A stretch of 32,994 bases of DNA, from contig CAXNKP010000001.1 in NCBI GenBank assembly GCA_964202815.1, forward strand, positions 1-32,994, written 5' to 3'. Of this stretch, positions 17,963 to 27,243 are shown piece after piece. This DNA is from Stagnihabitans sp. GTDB taxonomy: Bacteria; Pseudomonadota; Alphaproteobacteria; Rhodobacterales; Rhodobacteraceae. The notes beneath the pieces are model-generated. The model saw nothing but the letters and a program-made list of their open reading frames with translations, did no database searches and was not told the DNA's origin. A program made the translations under genes and the position numbers. Every line of letters begins with the position of its first letter. Within the stretch, counting starts at the first letter, position 1.

Positions 17963-18940
17963 TTATCGAGCCCATTGCAGGGGCTCGTCTTGTACAAGCG
18001 CATAAGCCGTGCGCTCATCGGTGATGAGGCCGCCAAGCAGGCCGCTCATCAGGACAGACCTGATCGCACAGGTCTTTTCCGCGCCGCCCGCAACGGCAAC
18101 AATCTTGCGGCCCCTCAACAGTTCCAACCCAAGGGACAGCGTGCGCAAGGTCAGCGATGTTTCGATCGGCTGCCCATGTTCGTCAAAGAAATGGCCAAGG
18201 ACTTCGCCTAATCCGCCGCGCGCCTTGACCTCGGATATTTCCCACGTCTCGATCATGCGGGACGCCACAAGCTGCGTATGCGGTTCGGTGGTACCAATCC
18301 CCACCAGCATAAGGTCAGCCGACGCCGCCAGCCGCAACACCTCGGGCACACCGCGTTGCGACAACAAAACCTGACGATCCTCGACTGTGTTGGCAAAAAA
18401 TGGGACCGGCATCACATAGGCCTGCGCCCCAGTCTTTTCGGCCAGCCGGTGGATCACGTCATGCGGGTTGGCCGCATAGTTGCGCGTGAGCCCCCCCAAC
18501 AACGACACGAACCGCAACGTCCCGCCGTCGATATGGGGCATTTCATGCACCGCAGCGGCTAGGGTCCGGCCATGCCCCACGCCGATAACGCTGTCAGGCT
18601 GGCTTTCGATCATGCGCTGAAGATAGGAGGCACCCGCCGTGCCCAAGGCACGCAAAGGCAAGCCATTTTCAGCCAGGTCGGGCACGATCTCGCAATAATT
18701 GAGTTTGAAAAGCTTCGAGAGATGCTCTTCCAGCTTAACGAGTTCGCCAACATCCCCGTCGATCGTAACCTTGACGACCCCTGCCTCTCGCATCCGCATG
18801 ATCAGCCGGTGTGCCTTGACCCCGGTGATGTCAAGCCGTTTGGCCACTTCGGTCTGCGTCAGGCCGCCAGCGTAATGCAGCCAGGCCGCGCGCACAGCGA
18901 GGCTGTTTTCTGCATCCCGAAGACGGGTCATGTGGGCCAT
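17963..18940 (-). CDS. eryD: SorC/DeoR-type sugar-binding transcriptional regulator
   Basis: RAAWLHYAGGLTQTEVAKRL HTH, GVGHGRTL, LLGG and LITDE motifs. ATG 18940 is preceded by GGGAG. Confidence 0.88.
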   Translation of the reverse strand: MAHMTRLRDAENSLAVRAAWLHYAGGLTQTEVAKRLDITGVKAHRLIMRMREAGVVKVTIDGDVGELVKLEEHLSKLFKLNYCEIVPDLAENGLPLRALGTAGASYLQRMIESQPDSVIGVGHGRTLAAAVHEMPHIDGGTLRFVSLLGGLTRNYAANPHDVIHRLAEKTGAQAYVMPVPFFANTVEDRQVLLSQRGVPEVLRLAASADLMLVGIGTTEPHTQLVASRMIETWEISEVKARGGLGEVLGHFFDEHGQPIETSLTLRTLSLGLELLRGRKIVAVAGGAEKTCAIRSVLMSGLLGGLITDERTAYALVQDEPLQWAR

Positions 18941-18998
18941 TGGTTCTCCCAGACAGTGGCGGATCGGTATGTTCCGATCTGTATTTTTTTGCAACTTT

Positions 18999-19056
18999 TG
19001 TAATTTGTTACATTCTTGCAGATTCTGTCAATCTGCAAAGTTTCAAAATCTTGAAA
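18999..19056 (-). promoter_or_regulatory. Sigma70-type promoter and operator palindromes for the eryD-mpt-ery operon
   Basis: Minus-strand TTGACA (19031-19026) followed 18 nt later by CAAATT. Palindromes: TGTAA-N4-TTACA (18999-19012), TTGCAGATT-N5-AATCTGCAA (19016-19038) and TTTCAA-N4-TTGAAA (19041-19056). Confidence 0.65.
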
Positions 19057-19142
19057 TTATTTCGCGCACGCTTGACGCCAAGCCACGCCGCAACTGACCA
19101 GCCGCCGTTTCACAGCGTTCCGTGGGCCTTTGATGCCAGTCT

Positions 19143-19757
19143 TCAGGCCCGGCACTGATCGATCACTGCGCCAAGCGTTTCGATCAGCATCGCTGCCGAT
19201 ACTGCACCGGGGTCAAGATGGCCAAGTGACCGCGCGCCCAACCGTTCCGCACGGCCCAGCGTGGCAACCATGTTTTTGGTGCTTTCGGCACCTTCCCGAC
19301 CGCAGCGGATGATGTCGTGCAATGGCAAACCTTGCAGCACCGCCTCGGCCGCCGGATGCCAGGCATCCAGCATCGTCTTCTGCCCCGGGACTGCCTTGCC
19401 ACGGTGAACAATCCCATCGCGCAGGGCCACGATGATCTGCAGCACCTGATCTGTCGGCACCTCGGTCACGGCCCCAAGTGACTTGCCTGCGCGCAAGATT
19501 CCAGTCGCGTACAGCGGACCCGAGGATGCGCCGACCGCATTGAGAAACCCTTTGCTGGCAGCGTTGCAAAGGTCTTGCAGCGTGCCTTCGGCGTCATCCA
19601 CCGCCCGCGCGGCGGCGGCCATGCCTTGTGCCATTGCGATGCCGTGATCGGCATCGCCAACCGCGCCATCCAGTTGGCACAGGTGGTCGCGCTCAGCCCG
19701 CATCCGGGTGGCAAAGGCGTGAAACATCGCGCGCAGGTCATCGGTGCCGAATGCCAT
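19143..19757 (-). CDS. dhaL: Dihydroxyacetone/erythrulose kinase nucleotide-binding subunit (Dak2)
   Basis: LDGAVGDADHG, GASSGPLY, KTMLDA and GRA..LG.RS.GHLDPGA motifs. Start moved to ATG 19757. Confidence 0.9.
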   Translation of the reverse strand: MAFGTDDLRAMFHAFATRMRAERDHLCQLDGAVGDADHGIAMAQGMAAAARAVDDAEGTLQDLCNAASKGFLNAVGASSGPLYATGILRAGKSLGAVTEVPTDQVLQIIVALRDGIVHRGKAVPGQKTMLDAWHPAAEAVLQGLPLHDIIRCGREGAESTKNMVATLGRAERLGARSLGHLDPGAVSAAMLIETLGAVIDQCRA

Positions 19758-19761
19758 CGCC

Positions 19762-20766
19762 TTACCGCTGCGCAAACATGGCGCAATCGCACGGATGGTC
19801 AATCAGCTGGGTCAGTTCGTCATCCAGATGCATCAGCGTAATCGACGCCCCTGCCATATCCAGCGAGGTGCAATACGGCCCCACCAGCGCCACATGAATA
19901 CCGATCCCGGCAGTTTCCAGGCGTTGCACCACACGGGCATGCAGAATGTACAACTCCATCAACGGGGTCGCACCAAGCGAGTTGACCAGAACAGCAACCT
20001 TGTCACCAGGTTGCGCCTGCATTTCGGCCAGCAGTGCATCCATGAGTTCATCCACCACCGCATCGGCAGGGCGCAAGGGGCCACGGCGCACGCCCGGCTC
20101 GCCATGAATGCCCATGCCGATCTCCATCTCGCCGACCGGCAGGCCAAAGCTGGGGCGACGGGTCTGTGGCAAGGAGCACGACGAAAGCGCCACGCCCATC
20201 GTGAAGGTACGCGCATTGGCACGGCGTGCAACGCGTTCAACCTCGTCCAACGACAGCATCAGATCGGCGGCAGCACCGGTCGCCTTGAAGATGAACACAT
20301 TTCCCGCCACGCCACGCCGCTTTTCGCGGATAAGCGCGGAGGCGATGTCATCGGTCGTCAGCACTGTGCGCGCCTCGACCCCCTCCATCTCTAGCAGTTC
20401 CGCCGCCATGTCGAAGTTCATGACGTCGCCCGCGTAGTTGCCATACATGAACAAGACCCCCGCCCCGCCATGCGCTGCAAGGGCCGCATCCACTGCCGGT
20501 TGCGGTGGGGGTGAAGCAAATACATTGCCCACCGCGCAGGCATCGGCCAGCCCCTTGCCGACGAAGCCCAGAAAGGTCGGTTCGTGCCCGGAACCACCGC
20601 CAATCACCAGCGTCACCTTGCCAGGCCTTGGGCCATGCCGCGCCACGATCGCACGCGGCGCGCCATCCGGACGCCACAGGATCGCTGCGTGGGCGGCCAG
20701 CACGCCCGTCAACATCTCTTCGACCACATCATCGCCATGGTTGATCAGTTTTTGCGTCTGGATCAT
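19762..20766 (-). CDS. dhaK: Dihydroxyacetone/erythrulose kinase substrate-binding subunit (Dak1)
   Basis: GGGSGHEP, GNVFASP, NYAGDVMNF, GMGIHGEPG (catalytic His) and TSLDMAG motifs. Confidence 0.92.
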   Translation of the reverse strand: MIQTQKLINHGDDVVEEMLTGVLAAHAAILWRPDGAPRAIVARHGPRPGKVTLVIGGGSGHEPTFLGFVGKGLADACAVGNVFASPPPQPAVDAALAAHGGAGVLFMYGNYAGDVMNFDMAAELLEMEGVEARTVLTTDDIASALIREKRRGVAGNVFIFKATGAAADLMLSLDEVERVARRANARTFTMGVALSSCSLPQTRRPSFGLPVGEMEIGMGIHGEPGVRRGPLRPADAVVDELMDALLAEMQAQPGDKVAVLVNSLGATPLMELYILHARVVQRLETAGIGIHVALVGPYCTSLDMAGASITLMHLDDELTQLIDHPCDCAMFAQR

Positions 20767-20771
20767 CTGAG

Positions 20772-21233
20772 TCAACGCTTGTTGTACTTGGCGTCAACAG
20801 CATCTATCGCGCCGACATTTCCCGCTGACCGGCCGGAAGGGTCATAGTTCAGCGTCTGTGCCAGCCACGCGTCCGCGATGGCCTTGGCCAGTTCGGTTCC
20901 GATCACCCGCGCGCCCATGGTGATGATGTGGGCATTGTTCGACAGGGCCGCACGTTCAGCCGAATAGGTATCATGCGTCAATGCGGCGCGAATGCCCGAC
21001 ACCTTGTTTGCCGAGATGCAGACACCGATGCCGGTGCCGCAAACCAAAATTGCCCGGTCAAATGTGCCGTCAGCCACCTGTGAGGCCACCCGGTCCGACA
21101 GGTCAGCATAGAACGGGTCTGGCCCTGTAACGGTCCGGCTGATTTCAGCCACATCAAATCGGCCCTTTAGATGCTCTGCCAGCACCTTGGCCAACCCCTC
21201 GCCTGCACTGTCGCCTGCTATTGCCAGTTTCAT
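20772..21233 (-). CDS. rpiB: RpiB-family sugar-phosphate isomerase (D-erythrulose-4-phosphate isomerase, EryI-like)
   Basis: [32 protein letters not shown] and NNA..GARVIG motifs. ATGA overlap with the TIM gene. Confidence 0.92.
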   Translation of the reverse strand: MKLAIAGDSAGEGLAKVLAEHLKGRFDVAEISRTVTGPDPFYADLSDRVASQVADGTFDRAILVCGTGIGVCISANKVSGIRAALTHDTYSAERAALSNNAHIITMGARVIGTELAKAIADAWLAQTLNYDPSGRSAGNVGAIDAVDAKYNKR

Positions 21234-22009
21234 GCGGTTTTCCTTTCCAATGCTTCGGCGCAGATCGCCAGTATGTTGAGATACCCTGCAACATCCCACG
21301 CAGACCGCCCAATGAACAGGCCATCGACATGCGGGCAGGCAATCAGTTCGGCGCAATTATCGGGGTTGACCGACCCGCCGTAAAGACATGGAATGCGAGA
21401 TCCCAGCATTTCGCCCGCCGCCGCAATGATCTCGGCCTGCCGCGCATCAGCGTAATCTGCGGTCGCAGGCGTGCCGTTCACCCCAATCGCCCAGACCGGT
21501 TCATAGGCCAGCAAGATCTGTGCCTGTCGTTGCATGCCCGTCAGAAACCCAAGCGCGCCATGCAGCTGGGCCACAAGCACATCTTGCGCCCGTCCAGCCT
21601 GTTTTTCGGCCAAAGTCTCGCCAATGCAGATCAGCGGGATTAGGCCATGGCGCACAGCGGCTTGCACTTTTCGCCCCACCGTTTCATTGGTTTCGCCAAA
21701 ATGCGCGCGCCGTTCGGAATGGCCCAGTTCTACCAGATCAAGGCCGCAATCACGCAGCATCACCGGGCTGACCTCGCCGGTCCATGCGCCATCATCGGCC
21801 CAGTGCATATTCTGCGCCCCGACCTTGACCGAGGTCCGATCAAGCATTGTCTTTACGTCGCGCACCGCCGTGAAAGGCGGGATCACAAAGCGCTGGATGC
21901 GCGTATCTGCGGCAGGGTTCGCAGCGTTCAGCCCATCAGCAAAGACACGGGCCTGCGCCAGCGTCTTGTTCATTTTCCAGCTTGTGCCGATCCAGTGCAC
22001 TTCAGTCAT
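21230..22009 (-). CDS. tpiB: Triosephosphate isomerase paralogue (L-erythrulose-1-phosphate isomerase, EryH-like)
   Basis: GTSWKMNK (S in place of the N of housekeeping GNWK), [21 protein letters not shown] and GLFIGRSA. These are typical of the TpiB/EryH clade. Confidence 0.9.
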   Translation of the reverse strand: MTEVHWIGTSWKMNKTLAQARVFADGLNAANPAADTRIQRFVIPPFTAVRDVKTMLDRTSVKVGAQNMHWADDGAWTGEVSPVMLRDCGLDLVELGHSERRAHFGETNETVGRKVQAAVRHGLIPLICIGETLAEKQAGRAQDVLVAQLHGALGFLTGMQRQAQILLAYEPVWAIGVNGTPATADYADARQAEIIAAAGEMLGSRIPCLYGGSVNPDNCAELIACPHVDGLFIGRSAWDVAGYLNILAICAEALERKTA

Positions 22010-22776
22010 GCGTCCTCCATTGCGGTTGTCAGGGTGATCCCGGCTTGATCCAAGGCCGCGGTCTCCTCGGCGTCAAGAGCGGTATCGGTAATGATTGTCG
22101 CAAATTCGCGCAAGTCACCCAGCAGATGCAAGGCCGACTGGCCAAAACGGCCGTGATTGATCAAAAGGCAATACTGCGTCGCAGTATCCATCCCCGCCCG
22201 GTTGGTCCGCACAACATCGTCATCTAAAAGAAACGCCCGGCCACCCAGCACCGTCGGGGTCGAGATCAAGGCCAAGTCAGCCCACAGGCGCGACAGTTTG
22301 TTTTCTGCGATTTCGCCGAAAAAGACGTTGTACTTGGCTCTGAAGGCTCCACCCAAGGCAATCAGGGTTATTCCCAGTTGACCGCGCAGGTGGTCTTGGA
22401 TGGCTGCATTTTTCGCAATCAGGGTCCGCGGCCGCTTTTCCTCCGGCCCGCCCGCCAGCAAGGCGGCCATCAATCCATCGTTGACCATTCAGGTCATCCC
22501 CGGATTTACCAGCGCCGCTGCGACCTGCGCCATGCGCCTCTTGGAACCTGCATCATGCATCCCGCGAAGCCAAAAGTTGCCTTCAAACCGGGTTCCAGCC
22601 TCAATCGCGGCACCGCCCCGGATTTTGCGTAGCAACCCTGCCCGCGCGCGATCACTCGGATCACGCAGGATCGTCATGCGTGACACGGCAAAGCGGTCGG
22701 CCAGATCTTCCATTGTCGCGGACCGCACGGTGACGCGCATATTCATGATCGCTTACCCAAGCTCATCCCACTTCCC
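22006..22776 (-). pseudogene. eryR: DeoR/GlpR-family regulator pseudogene
   Basis: HTH DLADRFAVSRMTILRD..GLLRKIRGGA and the C-terminal sensor domain lie in one frame. In-frame stops TAA at 22755-22753 and TGA at 22491-22489. The likely original start near 22776 now reads GGG. Confidence 0.85.
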
Positions 22777-23035
22777 GAGGCCCCCTTGCAGCAGCAAGAC
22801 AACATAGGCATGTAAAAACAAACATCGACTTTGTGATTCCATGATAGAGATCCAACATGGCAGCCAAAGAGCCGCAGCGCCAGCGCTTCGGCGTCTTGCG
22901 GCGCATGGCCTGCATACCCGCCGCTGTGGTTTGGGGGAATCGCGGTGGGGATTTGAGGTGATCTGAGGGGGTCTTGCGGTCTTGGGCAGAATGGATTCTG
23001 AAGCGGGGATCGTCGTTTTGGCGCCCGTTCGCCGC

Positions 23036-23547
23036 AGGGATATCTTCCTCACCGCTTTCGACCACATCCCCAATCCTCAGGCCGACAATGCGCGTTACAC
23101 CTTTTGCGAGCTTCTGGCCCTGGTCTTTGTCGCTAAGCTCTGCGGGGCAATGAATTGTGCCGGGATGGCCGACTTCAGTCGGCGGCAAAAGAGAATTTTT
23201 TCAGAGACTTCCTGAAACTCAAGCATGCGAATGCATCGCACGACATCAATCTGTACGCTGTTTTGGATGATCGATCCAAAGGCGCTGGATGCGGCCCACG
23301 GGCGGGTGCTGAATCGGACCGCAGCAATGCTTGGTGACAGTGATGTGATCGACATTGACGGCAAGGTCCTGCGCGGCGCGCGCAACAAGAGAACGGTGTG
23401 CGGACCCTGACGATGGCCTTGGCTTAAGGCGCGCGCCTGCGCCGGACGATGAGCACGATGGCCCCCGATAATGGCGGTGAACTGAAAGCGGCGATCGAGA
23501 TTTTTAGCCCGATCGCGCTCATGGGCAAGGTCGTTATGGCGGTTGCG
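23036..23547 (+). mobile_element. ISAs1-family transposase remnant
   Basis: Pieces spread over several frames: DIFLTAFDHIPNP..NARY..ELL..LCG, FRDFLKLKH..SHD, MIDPKALDAA, VIDIDGKVLRGA, GGELKAAIE..GKVV. Start is lost, with frameshifts, a stop and 3' truncation. Confidence 0.85.
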
Positions 23548-23811
23548 GTTGCCCAAAAGTCTTCCTGTCCGCATACGCCTTGGCAGCTTTAGTCATGTTC
23601 TGGTTATGAATTCTGACCCTAAACAGAACCAGCTAAGCCCCGTCCCTTCCGAAAGCAACAAGAAGTCACGCGCGATTGAGGCGCAACTGGCATTGCACTG
23701 CAAGACCGCGTTACGAAAACTGCCCTCAATCGGGGGAGACTTTTCCAGCGCAATACGTCCGGGAGTTTGGGTGCGGATATCCGGTTTCGACGTTTCTCAA
23801 GAACGGCCAGT

Positions 23812-24165
23812 TCAGCCGATCTTGGCGATGTCTTTATGGAATTCCTTCAAATGGGTTTGCGCCCATCTGCGCAGCCCCTCTAAAACTGGCCGCAATGCGG
23901 CGCCACTTTCGGTCAGCCGGAAAGCGTTGTTCCGCGCTGATGCGTCGGGGTGGGCTCGCTCGATCAGTTTCAAGCACAAAAGCAGGTTCAACCGCGCTGC
24001 AAGGATATTGGTCGAAATAGGCTCAGTCGATCCGATGAACTGAGTGTAGGTTCGCTGACCGTGGATAAAGAGGTCCCGGATGATCAAAAGCGACCACTTG
24101 TCGCCCAGCACATCAAGCGCCGAACTGATCGGGCATACCGAACGCCAATCGCCCCCTTGTGTCAT
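23812..24165 (-). CDS. HxlR-family winged-helix transcriptional regulator
   Basis: RSVCPISSALDVLGDKWSLLIIRDL, ISTNILAARL and FRLTESG motifs. Confidence 0.9.
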   Translation of the reverse strand: MTQGGDWRSVCPISSALDVLGDKWSLLIIRDLFIHGQRTYTQFIGSTEPISTNILAARLNLLLCLKLIERAHPDASARNNAFRLTESGAALRPVLEGLRRWAQTHLKEFHKDIAKIG

Positions 24166-24283
24166 CTTTTCCACAGATCCGCTTTCGAGATTGCTATCAC
24201 GACGTTGGCGCCGCTGCCTGTTACTTCAATCTGGCCTTGAAAGGGTCAAGCAGAAATGAAGTCTTGCGGCGGCGGCGCCCCAG

Positions 24284-24706
24284 TCACCTTGCTTTGCTAT
24301 GGGCCAAGGAATGGGCCACAATCTGCCAAACGTAAACCAGCATTGCAAACTGCCCCACGGCAAAGACCGCAGTGCGCAAATAGGGCATACCAGCGATATA
24401 GACCGCCGCATAAAGGATCCGCGCTGCCAGCAAGACCGTTCCGGCCATTGCCGTCGTCTCATTTGCAGCACCGGTGACAAAGGCGATCAAGATGACGGCA
24501 GCGTACATCGCAAGGTTGCCCGCCATATTGCCATGCGCGCGCGCTGCGCGGTCGCCCCAAGGGGCAACGCCACCCAGGGCTGTGTCACGATTGCGCAAGA
24601 GCCACTTTATGCCGCCTGATACAGATCCGCGCGCGGCAACAGGCGGCAACGTGAGGAGTTCTGTCAATACGACAAGGCTTACCAATATCCAAAGATCATG
24701 CGTCAT
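24284..24706 (-). CDS. MAPEG-family membrane protein
   Basis: RN..RAARAHGN, ARILYAAVYIAG.PYLRT and four hydrophobic segments. Confidence 0.85.
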   Translation of the reverse strand: MTHDLWILVSLVVLTELLTLPPVAARGSVSGGIKWLLRNRDTALGGVAPWGDRAARAHGNMAGNLAMYAAVILIAFVTGAANETTAMAGTVLLAARILYAAVYIAGMPYLRTAVFAVGQFAMLVYVWQIVAHSLAHSKAR

Positions 24707-24767
24707 CTGCTATGTCCTTATGTGGGGTGAAAAAGGGGGTCTGATAAGTTCACGCTAAGTTGGTTAA

Positions 24768-25546
24768 TTACGTTGAAATGGCTGCTGCCATGTCGGTCAA
24801 AGAAGTCTTCATGGGCGTCGGCGTCCACTGCAGCACCTTGTAGGTCGCGCCGGTGTCATAGGACGCGGCCTTTCCCAGAAATGGCAGCATGGCGCGCACT
24901 TGGCTGTCAAAAAGGCCCATGAATTTCACAAGAAAACTCGGCGCGCGGCGCGAGGGCACTTTGGAATGGCCCGCGTCGCGCAAGATGCTTGCCACGGTGG
25001 CCATCGCAATCGGTTGTGCACTGGCGGCGATGAAGCGTTGTCCTGCCGCCGTCTGAGCGGTCATGGCCGCCACATGCAGGCGGGCCACATCGCGGACGTC
25101 GATCATGCCCATGCTCATGTCGGGGATCATTGGCATCTTTCCACCAATCATGTCGGTCATCAGGGCGACGATGTGACTCTCGAGGTGGGCACCAATCGCT
25201 TCACACCGGCGCGCTGTGCCGGTGAAACTACGCGCTTGGTTCCCTCGACGGCACGGCCAATCAAATCGTTCTCCTGCTTTGGCTCGGCCAGCACGACGAG
25301 AGACGCCACGTGCAACACGGATCCACAGCCCTGCATGGCCGCATCCCACCCCGTGTCGGACAAAAGGTTTGTTTCAACAAAGGTCAACTTGTCGACAGGC
25401 GCGACCTTCGCAATGGCGGTTCGGGTCGCCTCGGCCTTGGCGCGCGAACGCACTGTGCCGACCACCTCTTACCCCTGCCTCAGCAACTCTGCGGCGCAAT
25501 GCTGCCCAGTATACCCCGTCACGCCGGTCACCAAAACACGCTCCAA
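24768..25546 (-). pseudogene. NAD-dependent epimerase/aldehyde reductase (extended SDR) pseudogene
   Basis: VLVTGVTGYTG, VLHVAS, AVEGTKRV and DVRDVARLHV motifs. In-frame TAA at 25471-25469. Frameshift near 25170, with the central YxxxK-bearing segment missing. Confidence 0.85.
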
Positions 25547-25699
25547 CCGTTTGCTTTCTCGGTATCGTAGGCACATCACTTAAAAATTTAGGCATATACG
25601 CTTGCAAAGTGCAAATAACTATCAAGACGACTTCTAGACGATGAAAACAGATGATCCGACGATGCTGGCCGCGCATGACTGGGGATTTCCGATGCCGAT

Positions 25700-26038
25700 T
25701 GCCTAGCCAACCTACGCGACCGGATTAAGGATCACGGCATGGACTGGGCCCATCTTCTAACTCTCGATCAAGAGGGTCCCGGCGCCACATTCCCTCATGG
25801 ATGGCGGCAGGTGCAATCCGATGCCTTTACGCGGCTGAACAGGTGCAGCCGTGTGATCCTAAACTGTCGTTGCGGGATTGGTCGGACAGGATTGGTCGTG
25901 GCACTGATGCTGATTGAGACCGGGCTGGAACCGACAGCGGCGTTCAAAGCGGTGCGACAGGTCAGACCGAGGGCCATCGAACCGGTGGGTCAAGAACGCT
26001 TCGTCCAAGTTTATGTCAGCCGCGATCACAGCTATTGA
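25700..26038 (+). pseudogene. CDKN3-like / dual-specificity protein phosphatase fragment, N-terminally truncated
   Basis: GMDWAHL, CX5R loop NCRCGIGRTG and AVRQVRPRAIE...QE. An upstream in-frame TGA at 25676-25678 leaves no room for the N-terminal part. Confidence 0.7.
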
Positions 26039-27243
26039 TGCCGCAGCGCCTCGATCGGGTCAAGCCGCGCCGCACGGCGGGCTGGAAAATAGCCGAAGAC
26101 CACGCCCACGACGGCGGAAAAGATGAAAGAGGCCACGACGATCCGGTAATCCGGCAGAAACCCGATGTTGAGCGCGTAAGACCCCAAGGCACCAAGGCCA
26201 AGGCCGAGGAATATGCCAAGGATGCCGCCGATCAGCGACAGGACAATCGCCTCAACCAAAAACTGCATCAGCACTTGGGATTCGGTGGCCCCCACCGCCA
26301 TGCGGATGCCGATCTCACGGGTGCGTTCGGTGACTGAAACCAGCATGATGTTCATGATGCCGATGCCGCCCACAAGCAGGCTGATGGCCGCCACCGCCGA
26401 TAGCAGCCCGGTCAGGACCCCGGTGATGCCGGTCAGCACCGAGGATATCTGTTTCATGTCGAACACGTTGAAGTCGTCGCTTTGATCGCCGGTCAGCTTG
26501 CGGCGTTCGCGCATCAGGCTTTGGATTTGGACGGTGACGTCCTCGGCCCTGACGCCGTCGCGGAAGGTGACCGAAATCGACTGTACGTTCTTGTTGCCAG
26601 ATATCCGGCGCTGGAAGGCTTTGAGCGGCATGACGATAATATCATTGTCATCCTGCCCAAAGGTCGACGCCTCACGCTTGGCCAGCAGGCCTATGACCTC
26701 ACACGAGATTTTTCCGACGCGGATCGTGGTGCCCACCGGGTTGCCCTCGCCGATCAGGGCGGCGGAAGTTGTGGTGCCCAAGATGCAGACCGGGGTGCCG
26801 ATCCGCATCTCGCCGTCGGAAAAGATGCGGCCAAAGCCCAGCGTCCAGCCACGGATGCCAAAGTAGGCGTCATCGGTGCCGGTGACCTGGACGGTGTGGT
26901 TCATCTCGCCAAAGACCACCGTCTGACTGCGCGAGGAACTGGGGGTTGCGGCGACGATGTCGGGCACATAGCGCAGCAGGGCTTGCATGTCGGCCAGCGT
27001 CAGCGGAGCCGCATCGTTGGAGCCGCCGCCGGGCCCGCGGCCAGGGGCGCCGGGGCGGATCATAAGCAGGTTCGATCCAAGCGAGGCCACATCAGACTGC
27101 ACTTGCGCGGTAGAGCCCTGCCCCACAGTCACCATCGCGATGACCGAGGCGACCCCGATCACAATGCCAAGCACCGTCAGGAACGAGCGCAACTTGTTGC
27201 GAAACACCGTGCTGAGGGCGAGGCGCAGGGCTTCAAGCAGCAT
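26032..27243 (-). CDS. MacB/FtsX-family ABC permease
   Basis: NKLRSFLTVLGIVIGVASVI, GGIGIMNIMLVSVTERTREIGIR and PARRAARLDPIEALR. Start moved to ATG 27243. Confidence 0.93.
   Translation of the reverse strand: MLLEALRLALSTVFRNKLRSFLTVLGIVIGVASVIAMVTVGQGSTAQVQSDVASLGSNLLMIRPGAPGRGPGGGSNDAAPLTLADMQALLRYVPDIVAATPSSSRSQTVVFGEMNHTVQVTGTDDAYFGIRGWTLGFGRIFSDGEMRIGTPVCILGTTTSAALIGEGNPVGTTIRVGKISCEVIGLLAKREASTFGQDDNDIIVMPLKAFQRRISGNKNVQSISVTFRDGVRAEDVTVQIQSLMRERRKLTGDQSDDFNVFDMKQISSVLTGITGVLTGLLSAVAAISLLVGGIGIMNIMLVSVTERTREIGIRMAVGATESQVLMQFLVEAIVLSLIGGILGIFLGLGLGALGSYALNIGFLPDYRIVVASFIFSAVVGVVFGYFPARRAARLDPIEALRHQ

Noticed and set aside
16685-18211. 508-aa plus-strand ORF
   Set aside because: Antisense shadow of mptA/eryD. 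It is His/Arg/Val-rich, as expected from reverse-read high-GC codons, and has no motifs.
21230-22009. Housekeeping tpiA
   Set aside because: GTSWKMN and FIGRSA variants plus the ery context indicate the TpiB/EryH paralogue.
22932-22945. Possible ISAs1 left inverted repeat (TGGGGGAATCGC)
   Set aside because: Only a loose resemblance, and no partner repeat was found in the window.
23543-24043. 166-aa plus-strand ORF
   Set aside because: Half of it is antisense to hxlR. No RBS, domain or codon bias is evident.
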